DNA of 64,000 nucleotides, taken from Kiritimatiellia bacterium. GTDB lineage: Bacteria > Verrucomicrobiota > Kiritimatiellia > RFP12 > JBMNHG01. Numbering within the stretch: the first letter of the stretch is position 1; every line of letters begins with the position of its first letter. A program made the translations under genes and the position numbers. This document shows, piece by piece, positions 28,750 through 39,340 of this stretch. The notes under the pieces are model-generated. The model had not been told where the DNA came from and did no database searches. It saw nothing but the letters and a program-made list of their open reading frames with translations. Location of the stretch: contig JBMNHG010000008.1 in the NCBI GenBank assembly GCA_050950285.1, forward strand, positions 682,001 through 746,000, in the 5' to 3' direction.

Positions 28750-31700
28750 ATGAAGAAGCTTCTGCCTGTCTGTTTCGCCGCCCTGGCCGCTTTCGCCGCC
28801 TCCGCCGCCGAAATCGGCTTCGAAGAGGAATTCGCCTTGTCCGCCGATCGCGCCGCCACGCTCTCGAAGCTGGTGCCGGGTTCGGACGAGCACTACTTCT
28901 ACTCCTGCCTCGTCCTCCAGCAGCAAGGCAGGCTCGATGAAGCCCGCGACCTCCTCGCCCCTTGGCAGAAGGCCCACAAGGAGACCCCGCGTTTCCGCGA
29001 AATGCGCCTCCGCCAGGCGTTGCTCGACTACGACGGCGATCCGGAGGGCACCCGGGACTTCCTCGTGCGCGAGCAGGGGCTCTCCTTCCACCACGCCCGC
29101 CGGCAGGCCGCCCCGCGCAACGCCCATCCCGCGCGCCTCGACCCCGCCCTCGTCGCCGGCGACGCCTGGGCGCGCGATCTCGCCGGGCGCGACGAAGTCC
29201 ACGGCTACGCCGATTCCGCCCTGGAAACCCTGCTCGCCGGCGAACTCTCCGACGCCAAACGGCGCAACGTCCTCTCCCGCCTCGCGCGCCGCCCCGATGT
29301 CCCGGACTTCGCCCAAATCGTCCTCGCGGACCTCCAGGCCCCCCACAGCGGGGGCTTCGGGTCGCTGGGCGTCCATTCGCTTCTCTTCCTCGACGATCTC
29401 CGGTTCCTCGCCGGGCAGTCTCCCGCGCTCCTCGCCAACGACGCCTTCGTCGGCGCCATGGCCGCCCGCCTCTCCCCCGCCGCGGATTCCGAAGGCGGAT
29501 GGGATCCCGGGATCCGCCGCGCGGAACTGGCGCCCCTGCTCGAGTTCGCGCTTTCCCTGCCGCCCGCCCAGAATCCCTTCAAGGCGAAGGTGCTCTTCCA
29601 CGCGCTGGAGTGCGACCTGGCCCTCGACGTCCACGACCCCGCCCTCTTCGACGCCTACCTCCGCCTGCCCCGCGACGTCCCGTATGTGCGCCCCCAGTGG
29701 CGCGACGCCCTCGCCGCCGCCGGCGCCTGGAACCCCGTGCGGCCCGACGCCGACGACACCCCCCTCGTCCGCGCCTACCTCTCCCACTTCCTCGCCGACG
29801 CGCCCGACGCCTCCGCCTTCGCCGAGACCCTCGAGGAAGGCTTCCTGAACCGCGTCCTGGCCGAGACGAAGCTCCTCCAGGGCGATCCGGACGCCGACCG
29901 CTGGTACGCCCTCCTCCCCGCCGGCTCCCATGCCGCCCTGCGCGACCGCGTCGACATCGAATTCCTCCCCACCTGCCCCGAGGTCTTCGGCGTGGACGAT
30001 CCGGTCGCCTTCGACGTGGCCGTCAAGAACGTCGCGCGCCTCACCGTGCAGGTCTTCGAACTGAACCCCTTCCAACTCTATCGGGAGAACGAAGACCTCA
30101 CCACCGCCATCGACCTCGACGGCCTCTCGCCCACCTTCGAACGCACCATCCACTACGACGTCCCGCCGCTGCGCCGCCACGTCGAGCGGATCGACGTCCC
30201 CGAAATCCGCGGCCGCGGCGCCTACGTCGTGGAGCTGATCGGCGACACCGGCGTGAGCTCCCGCGCGCTCGTGCGCAAAGGACGGCTCTACGCCGAAACG
30301 CGCAATGGCTCCGCCGGCACGGTCTTCACGGTCTCCGACGAAACCGGCGCCGCCGTGCCCGACGCCCGCGTCTGGTTCGCCGGGCACGAGTACGCGGCGG
30401 ACGAGGACGGCTCCGTCACCGTCCCCTACCGCGCGCCGTCCGACCGTCCCGTCTCCGTCGACCCCTTCGCCGGCCGCGCCATCCTCCGCCACGGCGACTT
30501 CTCCGAGCCCGTCCCCTTCTTCTCGCCCGAAGAACGCTACGACCTCGACGCGACCTTCACCTTCGACCGCGAATCCTTCGTGGCGGGCTCGCAGGCCCTC
30601 GTCCTGTTCCACCCGCGCCTGGCCTGCGCCGGCGAACGCGCCGACATCGCGCTCCTCCGCCAGCCCGTGCTGGAAATCACCGCCACCGACGCGGAGGGCG
30701 TCGCCACCCAAAGCCGCTTGACGGACCTGGCCCTCTCGAACACCGACGCCACCGAAATCGAGTTCTCCGTTCCGGAAGGCACCCGCTCGATCGGTTTCCG
30801 CTTCACGGCCAAAGTCCGCAACCTTTCCCTCGGCAAGGACGAGGACCTCGAGGTCGTGGACGGCGTCGCCCTGAACGGCCAGGACGCCACGCCGCAGGCC
30901 GCCGCCGCCTACCTGCGCCGCACCGACTCCGGCTACCGCATCGAGGCGCGCGGCAAAAACGGCGAGCCGCTGGCCGGCGTCATCGTCCGGCTGGAGTTCT
31001 ACCACCGCGACTACACGCAGCCGCGCCATGCGCTGTTGCAGACCGGCGACGACGGCGCCCTCGACCTCGGCGCCCTCCCCGGCATCGCCTCCGTGGCCGT
31101 GGTGCAGCCCGCCGAATGGCACCGCTCCTGGGCGCTCGCCGACGGCGCCGTCCGTCTGCCCGGAAGCCTGGTCGTCCGGGAGGGCGAGACCCTCGAGATC
31201 CCGCTCGCGGCCCTTCCCGCCGCCGACGTCCCCCTCTCCGCCGTGGCGGGCCTGCACCGCCTGGCGGGCGGAATGCGCTTCGCCGGCCCTTCCGCCTCCG
31301 TCGTCCCGCTCTCCGATGCCTCCGCCTCCCTGCGCCTCGCGGATGGCGCCCTCGAAATCGCGGGGCTCGAACCCGGCGACTACCGGCTCGACCTCAAGCC
31401 TCCCTACGGCCACGGCGCGTTCCCCATCCGCGTGGTGGGCGGCGCGGGGCCCTCCCTCCTCTCCGATCCCGCGCCTCCGCGCATCGCCTCGCTGGAATGC
31501 GCCGATGGCCACGTGCGCGTGCGCGTCGCGAACGCCAACGCCGACACCCGCGTGCAGCTCCTCGCGCGCTGGTCGTGTTCCGACGGCCTCCCCGCCGCCT
31601 GGGGCGAGCCCGATTCCCCCGCCCTCCCGGGCGCGCGCCTCCCCCCGCGCACCCTCACCGTCTCCGGCCGCCGCCTGGGCGACGAGGTCCGCTACGTCCT

Positions 31701-34700
31701 CGAACGCCGCTTCGCTGGATCGCGCATCGGCAACCTGCTCGCACGTCCCAGCCTCCTGCTCGCGCCGTGGGACGTCCGCACCACCCGCTCTTCCCGGCAG
31801 ACCGCACGGGAAGGCGAAGACTACCACGCCGTCCTTGCCGACGAGCAGATGGTCTTCGGCGCGCCGCGGAGGGAATCCGCGATGCATGCGGGCGGCATGG
31901 CCCTCGACGCGCCCGCCGACGGCGGGGCACAGTCCACCTTCGACTTCCTTCCCGGCCCCGCCCTCATTGCGCCGAACCTCGTGCCGGATGCGGACGGGAA
32001 TGTCGCCGTGGCCTTGGCCGATCTCGGCTTCCGCGGGCAGATTGTCGCCATCCTCTCCGATGGCTCCGCGTGGAGCGCCCGCGAAATCGGCCTGCCGGAG
32101 ACCTCCCTCGAACCGCGCGACCGCGCCCTGCGCAATCCGCTGCCCGACAAGCCCGTCGTGGCCGAACACAAGCGCGTCTCGCCCGTCGCCCCCGGCGCCC
32201 GGCTCGTGATCGACGACATCCGCTCGACGCGCCTCGCCACGGTGGAGACGGTGGGCGAAGCCCTGCGCCTCTTCCGCGCCCTCGCGCCGGACGAGGCGCT
32301 GGACGACTTCGCCTTCCTCGCCGACTGGCCCTCGCTCGCGCCCGAACGCCAGGAGGAACTCTATTCCCGCTTCGCCTGCCACGAGCTGAACCTCTTCCTC
32401 CATGCGAAGGATCGTGCCTTCTTCGACCGCGTGGTGCGTCCCTTCCTCGAGAACAAGCGCGACAAGCAGTTCCTCGACGAATACCTGCTCGGCCGCGACC
32501 TCTCCCCTTGGCTGGAGACCGGCCGGTACGACACCTTGAACGCCCTCGAACGCGCCCTGATCGCCCGGCGGCTCCCCGGCTCGCGCGAAGGCGTCGTGCG
32601 CCAGCTCGCCGACGCCGCGGAACTGGCGCGCCTGGAGGACGAGGTCTTCGACCGTCGCTTCCGGACGGCCCTGCAAGGCGGCGCCCTCGACGGCGAGGCC
32701 CCGCCCGCACCCGGTTTCGCCGGCGCGGCGAAGGAAGAGGCGGAGGACCGCTCCGCAGAGCGGGCCCTCGCCCGCGGCGGCGTCGAGAAAGGCGCCGCCA
32801 GGGCCCGCCTTGCCGCGCCGCAGGCCGCGGCCCCGGCCGCCGTCGACGCTCTCGCCCGACGCAAGGACGGCGCCAATGCCTTCCGGCTCGAAAGCGACAA
32901 GGCGAAGCGCGAGGCCGCCGTCTTCCGCTACCACGCGCCCGCGCTCACGAAGGAATGGGCCGAAAGCCACTACTACCGCGTGCCGCTCGCGGACGCTTCG
33001 CCGTCGCTGGTCCCGTGCAACGGCTTCTGGCGCGACTTCGCCGCCGCGGACGAAGGCGTCCCCTTCCTCTCGTCCGCCCTCCTCGAAGCCTGCTCTTCGC
33101 GGAGCGAAATCCTCTGCGCCCTCGCCGTGCTCGGCCTCCCCTTCGACGCGGACGGGGCGAAACGCGAGCTCGACGGCACGCGGCTCGTCCTCGCCGCCAC
33201 CGCCCCGCTGCTCGCCTTCCACCAGCAGATGGAGCCGATCGACGCCGGAGCCGCGGCGGGCGGCCTCCTCGCGGGCGAGGACTTCTTCGACGTGGCCGAC
33301 CGCTACGTCTACGCGGAGGACGCCGGCGGAACGCGCCGCCGCGAGAAGTTCGTGACGGGCGAGTTCGTGGTCGGCCGCCCCTACGGCGCCCGCGTTTCCG
33401 TGGCGAACCTCTCCTCCGAACAGCGCGCCTGCAAGGTTCTCGTGCAGATCCCCGAAGGCGCCGTGCCGCTCTCGGACGGCTTCTACGCGAAGAGCCTGCC
33501 GCTCCCGCTCGACCCCTACGCCGTGCGGACCTTCGAATACTTCTTCTACTTCCCCGCGCCGGGCGACTTCCGCCACGCCGCGATGCGCGCCGTCGCCGAC
33601 GACGCCGTCGCCGTCGCCGCCGCGTCCGGCCCCCTCCACGTGGTCGCCGAGGCCACGGAGGTCGACCGTACCGCCTGGGCCTACGTCTCGCAGGAAGGCT
33701 CCGACGACGAGGTCCTCGCCTACCTTTCCACCCACAACCTCGCCCGCGTCCCCCTCGCGCCCATCGCCTTCCGCATGGCGGACAAGGCGATGTTCCTCCG
33801 CACGCTCGGGCTGTTGCGCTCCCGGCACGTCTACGACCCCGTCCTCTGGAGTTACGGCTTCCACCACGGCGATGCGGCCGCCATGGGCGAGGCCCTCCGC
33901 ATGTCGCCGCTGTCCGGCGCCTGCGGCCTGTGGCTCGACAGCCCGCTGCTCTCCGTGGACGCCAACGCCGACCGCCGGTACGAACACAAGGAATACTGGC
34001 CGCTCGTCAACGCCCGCGCCCATGCGCTCGGCGACCGCCGCCAGATTCTGGACGACGCCTTTGCCGGGCAGTATGCCGCCTATCTGCGCTACCTCGGCTA
34101 CAAGCCCCGGCTCGACGCGAAGGACCGCCTCGCCCTTGCGGTGTATCTGCTGTTTCAGGACCGCGACGCCGAGGCGGCGGCGATGCTCGAAGGCGTCGCG
34201 CCGCAGGATGTCGAAGAACGGATGCAGCTCGACTACCTGCGCGTGTACCTCGCCTTCGACGCGGGCGACGCCAAGACCGCGCGCGCGCTCGCCGGACCCT
34301 GGCGCGACACGCCCGTCGGACGCTGGCGCACCCTCTTCCGCGACGCCCTCGCGCAGGCCGACGAAGCCGAAGGGCGCGCCCCCGCGAAGGACGACGGCCG
34401 CGCCGGCGATCCGGCGGCGGCCGCACCGTCCCTCGAACTCGCCGAGACCGACCGCGGCCTCGAACTGCGCTACCGCAACCTGGCCGATGTCGCGATCAAC
34501 CTCTATCCCATGGATCTCGAACTGCTCTTCTCCCGCAGCCCCTTCTCGAGCGACGTCGGGAAGCGCTTCGCCCTCGTGCGCCCCGCGCAGCGCGAAACCC
34601 TCCGCCTCGATGCCGACAGGGACCGCCGCGTTGTCCGGATTCCCGACGCCTTCCGCGGACGCAACCTGCTCGTCGAGGCCGAGGGCGGCGGCGTCTCCGC

Positions 34701-34995
34701 CACGGCGGTGCACACGCCCAACGAGCTCGACGTGCGAATCGTGTCCTCCTACGGCCAGGCCACCGTGCTCGATGCGAAAGGCAAGCCGATGCCGGGCGTC
34801 TACGTGAAGGTCTACGCGCGCCGGCACGACGGCGGCGTGGAGTTCTACAAGGACGGCTACACCGACCTGCGCGGCCGCTTCGACTACGCCTCTCTCAGCA
34901 CCGACGACCTCGTGGACGTCAGCCGTTTCGCGCTCCTCTTCGCGAGCGAGTCCTCCGGGGCCCTCATCCGCGAAACCCCGCCCCCGGCGCGATAG
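28750..34995 (+). CDS. Secreted 2081-aa protein of unknown function
   Basis: AAGGAG RBS, signal peptide MKKLLPVCFAALAAFAASA, strong GC3 codon bias, C-terminal YVKVYAR...FYKDGYTDLRGRFDYAS. Confidence 0.85.
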   Translation: MKKLLPVCFAALAAFAASAAEIGFEEEFALSADRAATLSKLVPGSDEHYFYSCLVLQQQGRLDEARDLLAPWQKAHKETPRFREMRLRQALLDYDGDPEGTRDFLVREQGLSFHHARRQAAPRNAHPARLDPALVAGDAWARDLAGRDEVHGYADSALETLLAGELSDAKRRNVLSRLARRPDVPDFAQIVLADLQAPHSGGFGSLGVHSLLFLDDLRFLAGQSPALLANDAFVGAMAARLSPAADSEGGWDPGIRRAELAPLLEFALSLPPAQNPFKAKVLFHALECDLALDVHDPALFDAYLRLPRDVPYVRPQWRDALAAAGAWNPVRPDADDTPLVRAYLSHFLADAPDASAFAETLEEGFLNRVLAETKLLQGDPDADRWYALLPAGSHAALRDRVDIEFLPTCPEVFGVDDPVAFDVAVKNVARLTVQVFELNPFQLYRENEDLTTAIDLDGLSPTFERTIHYDVPPLRRHVERIDVPEIRGRGAYVVELIGDTGVSSRALVRKGRLYAETRNGSAGTVFTVSDETGAAVPDARVWFAGHEYAADEDGSVTVPYRAPSDRPVSVDPFAGRAILRHGDFSEPVPFFSPEERYDLDATFTFDRESFVAGSQALVLFHPRLACAGERADIALLRQPVLEITATDAEGVATQSRLTDLALSNTDATEIEFSVPEGTRSIGFRFTAKVRNLSLGKDEDLEVVDGVALNGQDATPQAAAAYLRRTDSGYRIEARGKNGEPLAGVIVRLEFYHRDYTQPRHALLQTGDDGALDLGALPGIASVAVVQPAEWHRSWALADGAVRLPGSLVVREGETLEIPLAALPAADVPLSAVAGLHRLAGGMRFAGPSASVVPLSDASASLRLADGALEIAGLEPGDYRLDLKPPYGHGAFPIRVVGGAGPSLLSDPAPPRIASLECADGHVRVRVANANADTRVQLLARWSCSDGLPAAWGEPDSPALPGARLPPRTLTVSGRRLGDEVRYVLERRFAGSRIGNLLARPSLLLAPWDVRTTRSSRQTAREGEDYHAVLADEQMVFGAPRRESAMHAGGMALDAPADGGAQSTFDFLPGPALIAPNLVPDADGNVAVALADLGFRGQIVAILSDGSAWSAREIGLPETSLEPRDRALRNPLPDKPVVAEHKRVSPVAPGARLVIDDIRSTRLATVETVGEALRLFRALAPDEALDDFAFLADWPSLAPERQEELYSRFACHELNLFLHAKDRAFFDRVVRPFLENKRDKQFLDEYLLGRDLSPWLETGRYDTLNALERALIARRLPGSREGVVRQLADAAELARLEDEVFDRRFRTALQGGALDGEAPPAPGFAGAAKEEAEDRSAERALARGGVEKGAARARLAAPQAAAPAAVDALARRKDGANAFRLESDKAKREAAVFRYHAPALTKEWAESHYYRVPLADASPSLVPCNGFWRDFAAADEGVPFLSSALLEACSSRSEILCALAVLGLPFDADGAKRELDGTRLVLAATAPLLAFHQQMEPIDAGAAAGGLLAGEDFFDVADRYVYAEDAGGTRRREKFVTGEFVVGRPYGARVSVANLSSEQRACKVLVQIPEGAVPLSDGFYAKSLPLPLDPYAVRTFEYFFYFPAPGDFRHAAMRAVADDAVAVAAASGPLHVVAEATEVDRTAWAYVSQEGSDDEVLAYLSTHNLARVPLAPIAFRMADKAMFLRTLGLLRSRHVYDPVLWSYGFHHGDAAAMGEALRMSPLSGACGLWLDSPLLSVDANADRRYEHKEYWPLVNARAHALGDRRQILDDAFAGQYAAYLRYLGYKPRLDAKDRLALAVYLLFQDRDAEAAAMLEGVAPQDVEERMQLDYLRVYLAFDAGDAKTARALAGPWRDTPVGRWRTLFRDALAQADEAEGRAPAKDDGRAGDPAAAAPSLELAETDRGLELRYRNLADVAINLYPMDLELLFSRSPFSSDVGKRFALVRPAQRETLRLDADRDRRVVRIPDAFRGRNLLVEAEGGGVSATAVHTPNELDVRIVSSYGQATVLDAKGKPMPGVYVKVYARRHDGGVEFYKDGYTDLRGRFDYASLSTDDLVDVSRFALLFASESSGALIRETPPPAR

Positions 34996-35060
34996 GCGCG
35001 ACAGGGAGGGAAGACGGAAGAGGGGGCCGCCCCTCTCTCCGCCGGACGCGCGGCGGCGAT

Positions 35061-36470
35061 TCAGCCGTCGCCCGGCGGTGCGTCCGCCACGTGTTCCCGG
35101 AAATAGGCGATGGCGCCGGGCAGGTCGCCGAAGGCGCCGTCGAGCTGGGCCTCGAAGCAGGCGCGGAGCCAGGCGCCGAACTGCGGGGAGGGCGTGTGGC
35201 CCAGGGCGATGAGGTCGCGTCCCTGCAGGATGGGCTTCGGGGCCTCCGCCGCCACGCGGAGGCGTTCGGCGGCTTCGGCCAGCCAGACGAGGTCCTGCCC
35301 GCCGGAACTTCCGCCCGCGACTTCGGGAGGGCGGCCCTCGTCGTCGGCCTGCGCGACGCGCAGGAGGCGGTCCACGCGCCCGACCTTGAGCGCCAGGCGG
35401 CGGATGGCGGCGTCGCCTGCTCCGGCGCGCCACAATGCGAAGGGCTGCATGTGGAGGGCCACGAGAGGGGGGACTTCCCGCAGGATCCGCTCTTCGTTGG
35501 TGAGGCGGCGCAGGAAGGAGAGGGTGGGCGCCACGCCGGCGGCGTCGTGCCCCGGCGAGCGGATGCGGCCGCGGTCGATGCGGGTGGTCGCCGGTTTTCC
35601 GAAGTCGTGGCAGAGCACGGCGAGCCCCACCACGAGATCCTCGTGGCGGTCGCCCGTGCGGCGGCGGGCGAAGGCATCGAGGCAAAGCCCGGTGTGGGTC
35701 CAGGCATCCCCCTCCGGGTGCCACGCGGGATCCTGCGCGCAGCCAATCAGCGCGGCGAGCTCGGGATAATGGCGCACCCAGCCCGTTGCGCGGAGGAAGT
35801 CGAGCCCCTTCGAGATACGCACGCCCTTCACGAGCAGCTTCGCCCATTCTTCGAAGAGGCGTTCGGGCGGAAGGCCCTCGGGCGAAATCGTGCGGCAGAG
35901 GGCGATGGTTTCGGGGGCCGGATCGAGATCGAAGCGCGCCACGAACTGCATCCCGCGGAGGACGCGCAACGGGTCCTCGCGGAATTTCCCCGAAACGTGG
36001 CGGAGGCGCTTTGCGCCGAGATCGGCGCGCCCGCCGAAGGGATCGATCCACTCCCCGGTCAGCGGGTCGAGGTACAGGGCGTTTATCGTGAAATCGCGCC
36101 GGCTCGCGGCCTCTTGGATCGACAGCGACGGGTCCGAATCGATTTCGAAGCCTTTGTGGCCCAGCCCGCGCTTCGACTCGCGCCGCGGGAGCGAGAGGTC
36201 GAGGTCGATGCCCTGGAGTTTCAGCACGCCGAAGGACAGCCCTACGAGGTTGAGCGCGTAGCGCCCGGAGAGCAGCGCCTGGAGGGTGTCGGGGGGGATG
36301 CCGAAGACTTCGAGGTCGATGTCCTTCGCGGGCTGGTGCAGCAGCAGGTCGCGCACCGCGCCGCCCACCATCAGCGCACGTCCGCCGGCGTCGCGGACCC
36401 GGCGCGCGACGTCGAGGACGACTTCGCGCAGGTCGGGGGCGAGCGTGTGGAGGGAGGATTCGGCGGACAT
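35061..36470 (-). CDS. cca: CCA-adding tRNA nucleotidyltransferase with HD domain
   Basis: VGGAVRD, DIDLEV, RRDFTINA, EDPLRVLR, WHPEGD, CHDFGKP. Confidence 0.88.
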   Translation of the reverse strand: MSAESSLHTLAPDLREVVLDVARRVRDAGGRALMVGGAVRDLLLHQPAKDIDLEVFGIPPDTLQALLSGRYALNLVGLSFGVLKLQGIDLDLSLPRRESKRGLGHKGFEIDSDPSLSIQEAASRRDFTINALYLDPLTGEWIDPFGGRADLGAKRLRHVSGKFREDPLRVLRGMQFVARFDLDPAPETIALCRTISPEGLPPERLFEEWAKLLVKGVRISKGLDFLRATGWVRHYPELAALIGCAQDPAWHPEGDAWTHTGLCLDAFARRRTGDRHEDLVVGLAVLCHDFGKPATTRIDRGRIRSPGHDAAGVAPTLSFLRRLTNEERILREVPPLVALHMQPFALWRAGAGDAAIRRLALKVGRVDRLLRVAQADDEGRPPEVAGGSSGGQDLVWLAEAAERLRVAAEAPKPILQGRDLIALGHTPSPQFGAWLRACFEAQLDGAFGDLPGAIAYFREHVADAPPGDG

Positions 36471-36507
36471 GGCGTGGGGGAGGGCGGGGTGGCGCGCGGC
36501 GCGCCGC

Positions 36508-38016
36508 CTACCACGTGAAGCGGGCGAAGGCGGGGGAGGCGTCGGCCGGGGCGTCGCTGAAGAGGGCGAGATACACGCCGGTGAATCCGCCGGAGACCTC
36601 CGTGGCGAGGTAGCGCGAGGGGGCTTGGGCCAGCGGGCGCGGGGGGCTTCCGGCGGCGCCGGCGAGCAGCCGGTAGTCGTCGCGCGTGCACTCGATGGCG
36701 AGGTCGACGGGACCGGCAGGGAGCGGGAGCGTCCCGCCGGGCATGGAGAGCCCGCCCAGATGGAGCGTCGCGAGGACGTCGACGCGATTCCCGTGGCGCG
36801 TGGCGGCGAGAACGTAGTGGTCGTTCTCGTTCATGTAGGCGGTGACGCCCGCACGCTGGCCTTCCGCGAGGGTGGAGGCGTCGAGGGTCGCGCGCATCGA
36901 GGTGTCCCACTCGTACTGCCGCATCCCGATCCAGCTCACGGTCCCCTTCGAGCCGAGGCGGTCGGAGGAGCCTCGGATCCCGCAGCAGGAGGCTGGACCG
37001 AAGCGGTAGGCGGAGGCGTCCGGCACGCGCAGGTAGCTGGCGCGTGCGGGGTCGAGCGCCCAGACGGCGCGGCGGCGCGCCGCGGCGGGAAGGACCGAGA
37101 AGACGCCGTCCCGGAGTTCCCAGCGCTCCCGCGCGACGCCTTCGTCGCCCACGCGGAACCAGCCGTCGTCGGTCCAGAAGACGGGCATCAGGCAGGTCTC
37201 GCGGCCGAGGGTGTGGTACGAGCGGGCGGAACGGGGAATCTGGCGGATGGCGAGGTGGACGAGGAACCACTGGCCTCCGGGGCCTTCGACGAGGTCGGCG
37301 TGGCCGGTGGCCTGGAGGAGGTTGCCCGGATCGTCGCGCGAGGTGAGGATGGGATTCCACGGACAGCCCTCGTAGGGGCCCCAGACGTCGCGCGAGCGGA
37401 AGAGGCACTCCATGTGCCCGTATTCGGTGCCGCCCTCGGCGGTGAGAAGGTAGTACCAGCCGTCGATCTTGTAGAGGTGCGGGGCTTCGACATTCCGGCC
37501 GCCGGAGCCCGGGGAGATGCGGCGCGCGGGGGAGAGGAGTCCGCCGGAGGCGATGTCGATTTCGCAGAGGGAGATGCCGTGGGAACCGTCGTCCGCGCGG
37601 CCGTTGGAGGCGAAGTACACGCGGCCGTCGTCGTCGAAGAGAAGCGAAGGATCGATGCCGCCGCGCTTCACGCGGATGGGTTCGGACCAGGCGCCCGAAT
37701 GGATGTCGTCGGTCCAGACATAGAAGTTCCCGTCGGGGCTGGAGACGTTGGTGGTCGCCATGTAGAAGCGGCCGTCGTGGAAGCGGAGGGTCGGCGCGTA
37801 GATGCCGCCGGAGGCGCCGATGCCGGCGATGTCGAGCTGCGACGGGCGGGTGAGCGCGTGGCCGATGGGCGTCCAGTGCAGGAGGTCGTCGCTCTCGAAC
37901 AACGGGACGCCGGGGAAGTATTCGAACGAGGAGGTCGCCAGATAGTACTTGCCCTGCGCGAAGCAGACGCTGGGGTCGGGATAGAAGCCGCGGATGACGG
38001 GGTTTTCGCAAATCAT
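36508..38016 (-). CDS. GH43 beta-xylosidase/arabinofuranosidase
   Basis: NPVIRGFYPDPS, SSFEYFPG, GIDPS, EAPHLYK, AEGGT, TGHADLV, LGRET; no signal peptide. Confidence 0.93.
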   Translation of the reverse strand: MICENPVIRGFYPDPSVCFAQGKYYLATSSFEYFPGVPLFESDDLLHWTPIGHALTRPSQLDIAGIGASGGIYAPTLRFHDGRFYMATTNVSSPDGNFYVWTDDIHSGAWSEPIRVKRGGIDPSLLFDDDGRVYFASNGRADDGSHGISLCEIDIASGGLLSPARRISPGSGGRNVEAPHLYKIDGWYYLLTAEGGTEYGHMECLFRSRDVWGPYEGCPWNPILTSRDDPGNLLQATGHADLVEGPGGQWFLVHLAIRQIPRSARSYHTLGRETCLMPVFWTDDGWFRVGDEGVARERWELRDGVFSVLPAAARRRAVWALDPARASYLRVPDASAYRFGPASCCGIRGSSDRLGSKGTVSWIGMRQYEWDTSMRATLDASTLAEGQRAGVTAYMNENDHYVLAATRHGNRVDVLATLHLGGLSMPGGTLPLPAGPVDLAIECTRDDYRLLAGAAGSPPRPLAQAPSRYLATEVSGGFTGVYLALFSDAPADASPAFARFTW

Positions 38017-38055
38017 GGGGAGCCTGCGTGTCGGGGGGTTCGGAGGAAACGAGTA

Positions 38056-39129
38056 CTAGCCGCGCCACTCGCGGGCGGTTTCGTACAGGGCGAGGACGTT
38101 TTCGGTGGGGGAGTTGTCCTGGAGCATGTGGGCCGGGGAGAACAGGTAGCCGCCGGTGGGGGCGAGGATGCCGAGAGTGCGCCGGCAGTCGGCGATGGTT
38201 TCGGCGACGGTGCCGGTGGCGACGGGACCGGCGGTGGAGATCGCGCCGTGGAAGGCGAGGCGCCCGCCGAAGTGGTCCCGGAGGTACTCGGGGGACATGT
38301 GGACGGCTTCGGGCTGGAGGGTGTCCACGGCGTCGACGCCCATCTCGATGAAGTCTTCGTAGACCCAGCTGCTGGAGCCGCAGGTGTGGACCATCACGGG
38401 GAGGCCGTGGCTCTTCGCGCAGTCGATGAAGGGCTGGTGGAGCGGGCGGATGCGCTCGCGGTAGAGGTCGAGCGAAATCATCGGCCCGATCTGCGTGCCG
38501 AGGTCTTCGCCCATCCAGACGAAATCGACGCCGCCTTTCGCGGCTTCGAGGGTGCGGGAGAGGATTTCGAGGAGGATGCCGCAACGGCGTTTCGCGAGGA
38601 GCAGCCCGGCGGGGTCTCTCGTGACGAGGTCCACGAGGAACTGCTCCATGCCGCGGAGCATCGAGGTGCCGTTGATGACGTCGCCCAGGCCCGCGTTGCC
38701 GGCGCCGACGCCGTAGGGGGCGTACTCGCGGCAGGCGTCGGCGACATGCGAGTAGTCGAAATCGTCGGGGGAGGGCATCGGCCAGGCGGCGACCTCCTCC
38801 TCGGTGGCGTCCATGAGCGGGAAGTCGCAGTAGTCCCAGTATCCGCCGGAAGGGTGCTCGACCCAGCGGCGGCGGATGCCCCAGTCGTCCACGAGAATGC
38901 CGCGCTCCGGGATGTCCGCATGGAGTTTCGAACCGGTGTATCCGGCGCCGACGCCGCGGAAATCCACGCCGAGCGCCTTCCGGAGACCTTCGTCGTCCCC
39001 GGCCTCCAACCCGAAATGCGCCTTCAACCGGGCGTCGATGCCGGCGTTGGCCATGTAGTTGACGGGCACCCTCTCGCCAAGGGGGAGGGCGCAGTGAAGG
39101 GCGGAGACGACACGTTCTTTCGAGGTCAT
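38056..39129 (-). CDS. Uroporphyrinogen decarboxylase/MtaA-like family protein
   Basis: MTSKERV start, LRGMEQFLVD, GEDLGTQ, HTCG, TLQPEA, YLFSPAH. Confidence 0.85.
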   Translation of the reverse strand: MTSKERVVSALHCALPLGERVPVNYMANAGIDARLKAHFGLEAGDDEGLRKALGVDFRGVGAGYTGSKLHADIPERGILVDDWGIRRRWVEHPSGGYWDYCDFPLMDATEEEVAAWPMPSPDDFDYSHVADACREYAPYGVGAGNAGLGDVINGTSMLRGMEQFLVDLVTRDPAGLLLAKRRCGILLEILSRTLEAAKGGVDFVWMGEDLGTQIGPMISLDLYRERIRPLHQPFIDCAKSHGLPVMVHTCGSSSWVYEDFIEMGVDAVDTLQPEAVHMSPEYLRDHFGGRLAFHGAISTAGPVATGTVAETIADCRRTLGILAPTGGYLFSPAHMLQDNSPTENVLALYETAREWRG

Positions 39130-39299
39130 GGCGGCGGCGTGGCAACATGGATCGCGGCGGGGAATCCGGCCCGAACCGCAGGAAAGATAGCATGGAACGC
39201 GGGGGGCGGACACCAGAAACGGCGCGTTGTCGGGGACAGACGATCGAAGAAAGGCGAAGGGCGAAGGACGTCGCGTTCTTCGCCCTTGCGTCCTGAGCC

Positions 39300-39323
39300 G
39301 GAAAAACGGCGCGCCGTTTTTCC
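39300..39323. repeat. REP-like palindrome GGAAAAACGGCGCGCCGTTTTTCC
   Basis: Perfect 24-bp palindrome; related copies at about 6302-6325 and 28701-28717. Confidence 0.65.
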
Positions 39324-39340
39324 GGCGCACAGTCCCCGGA

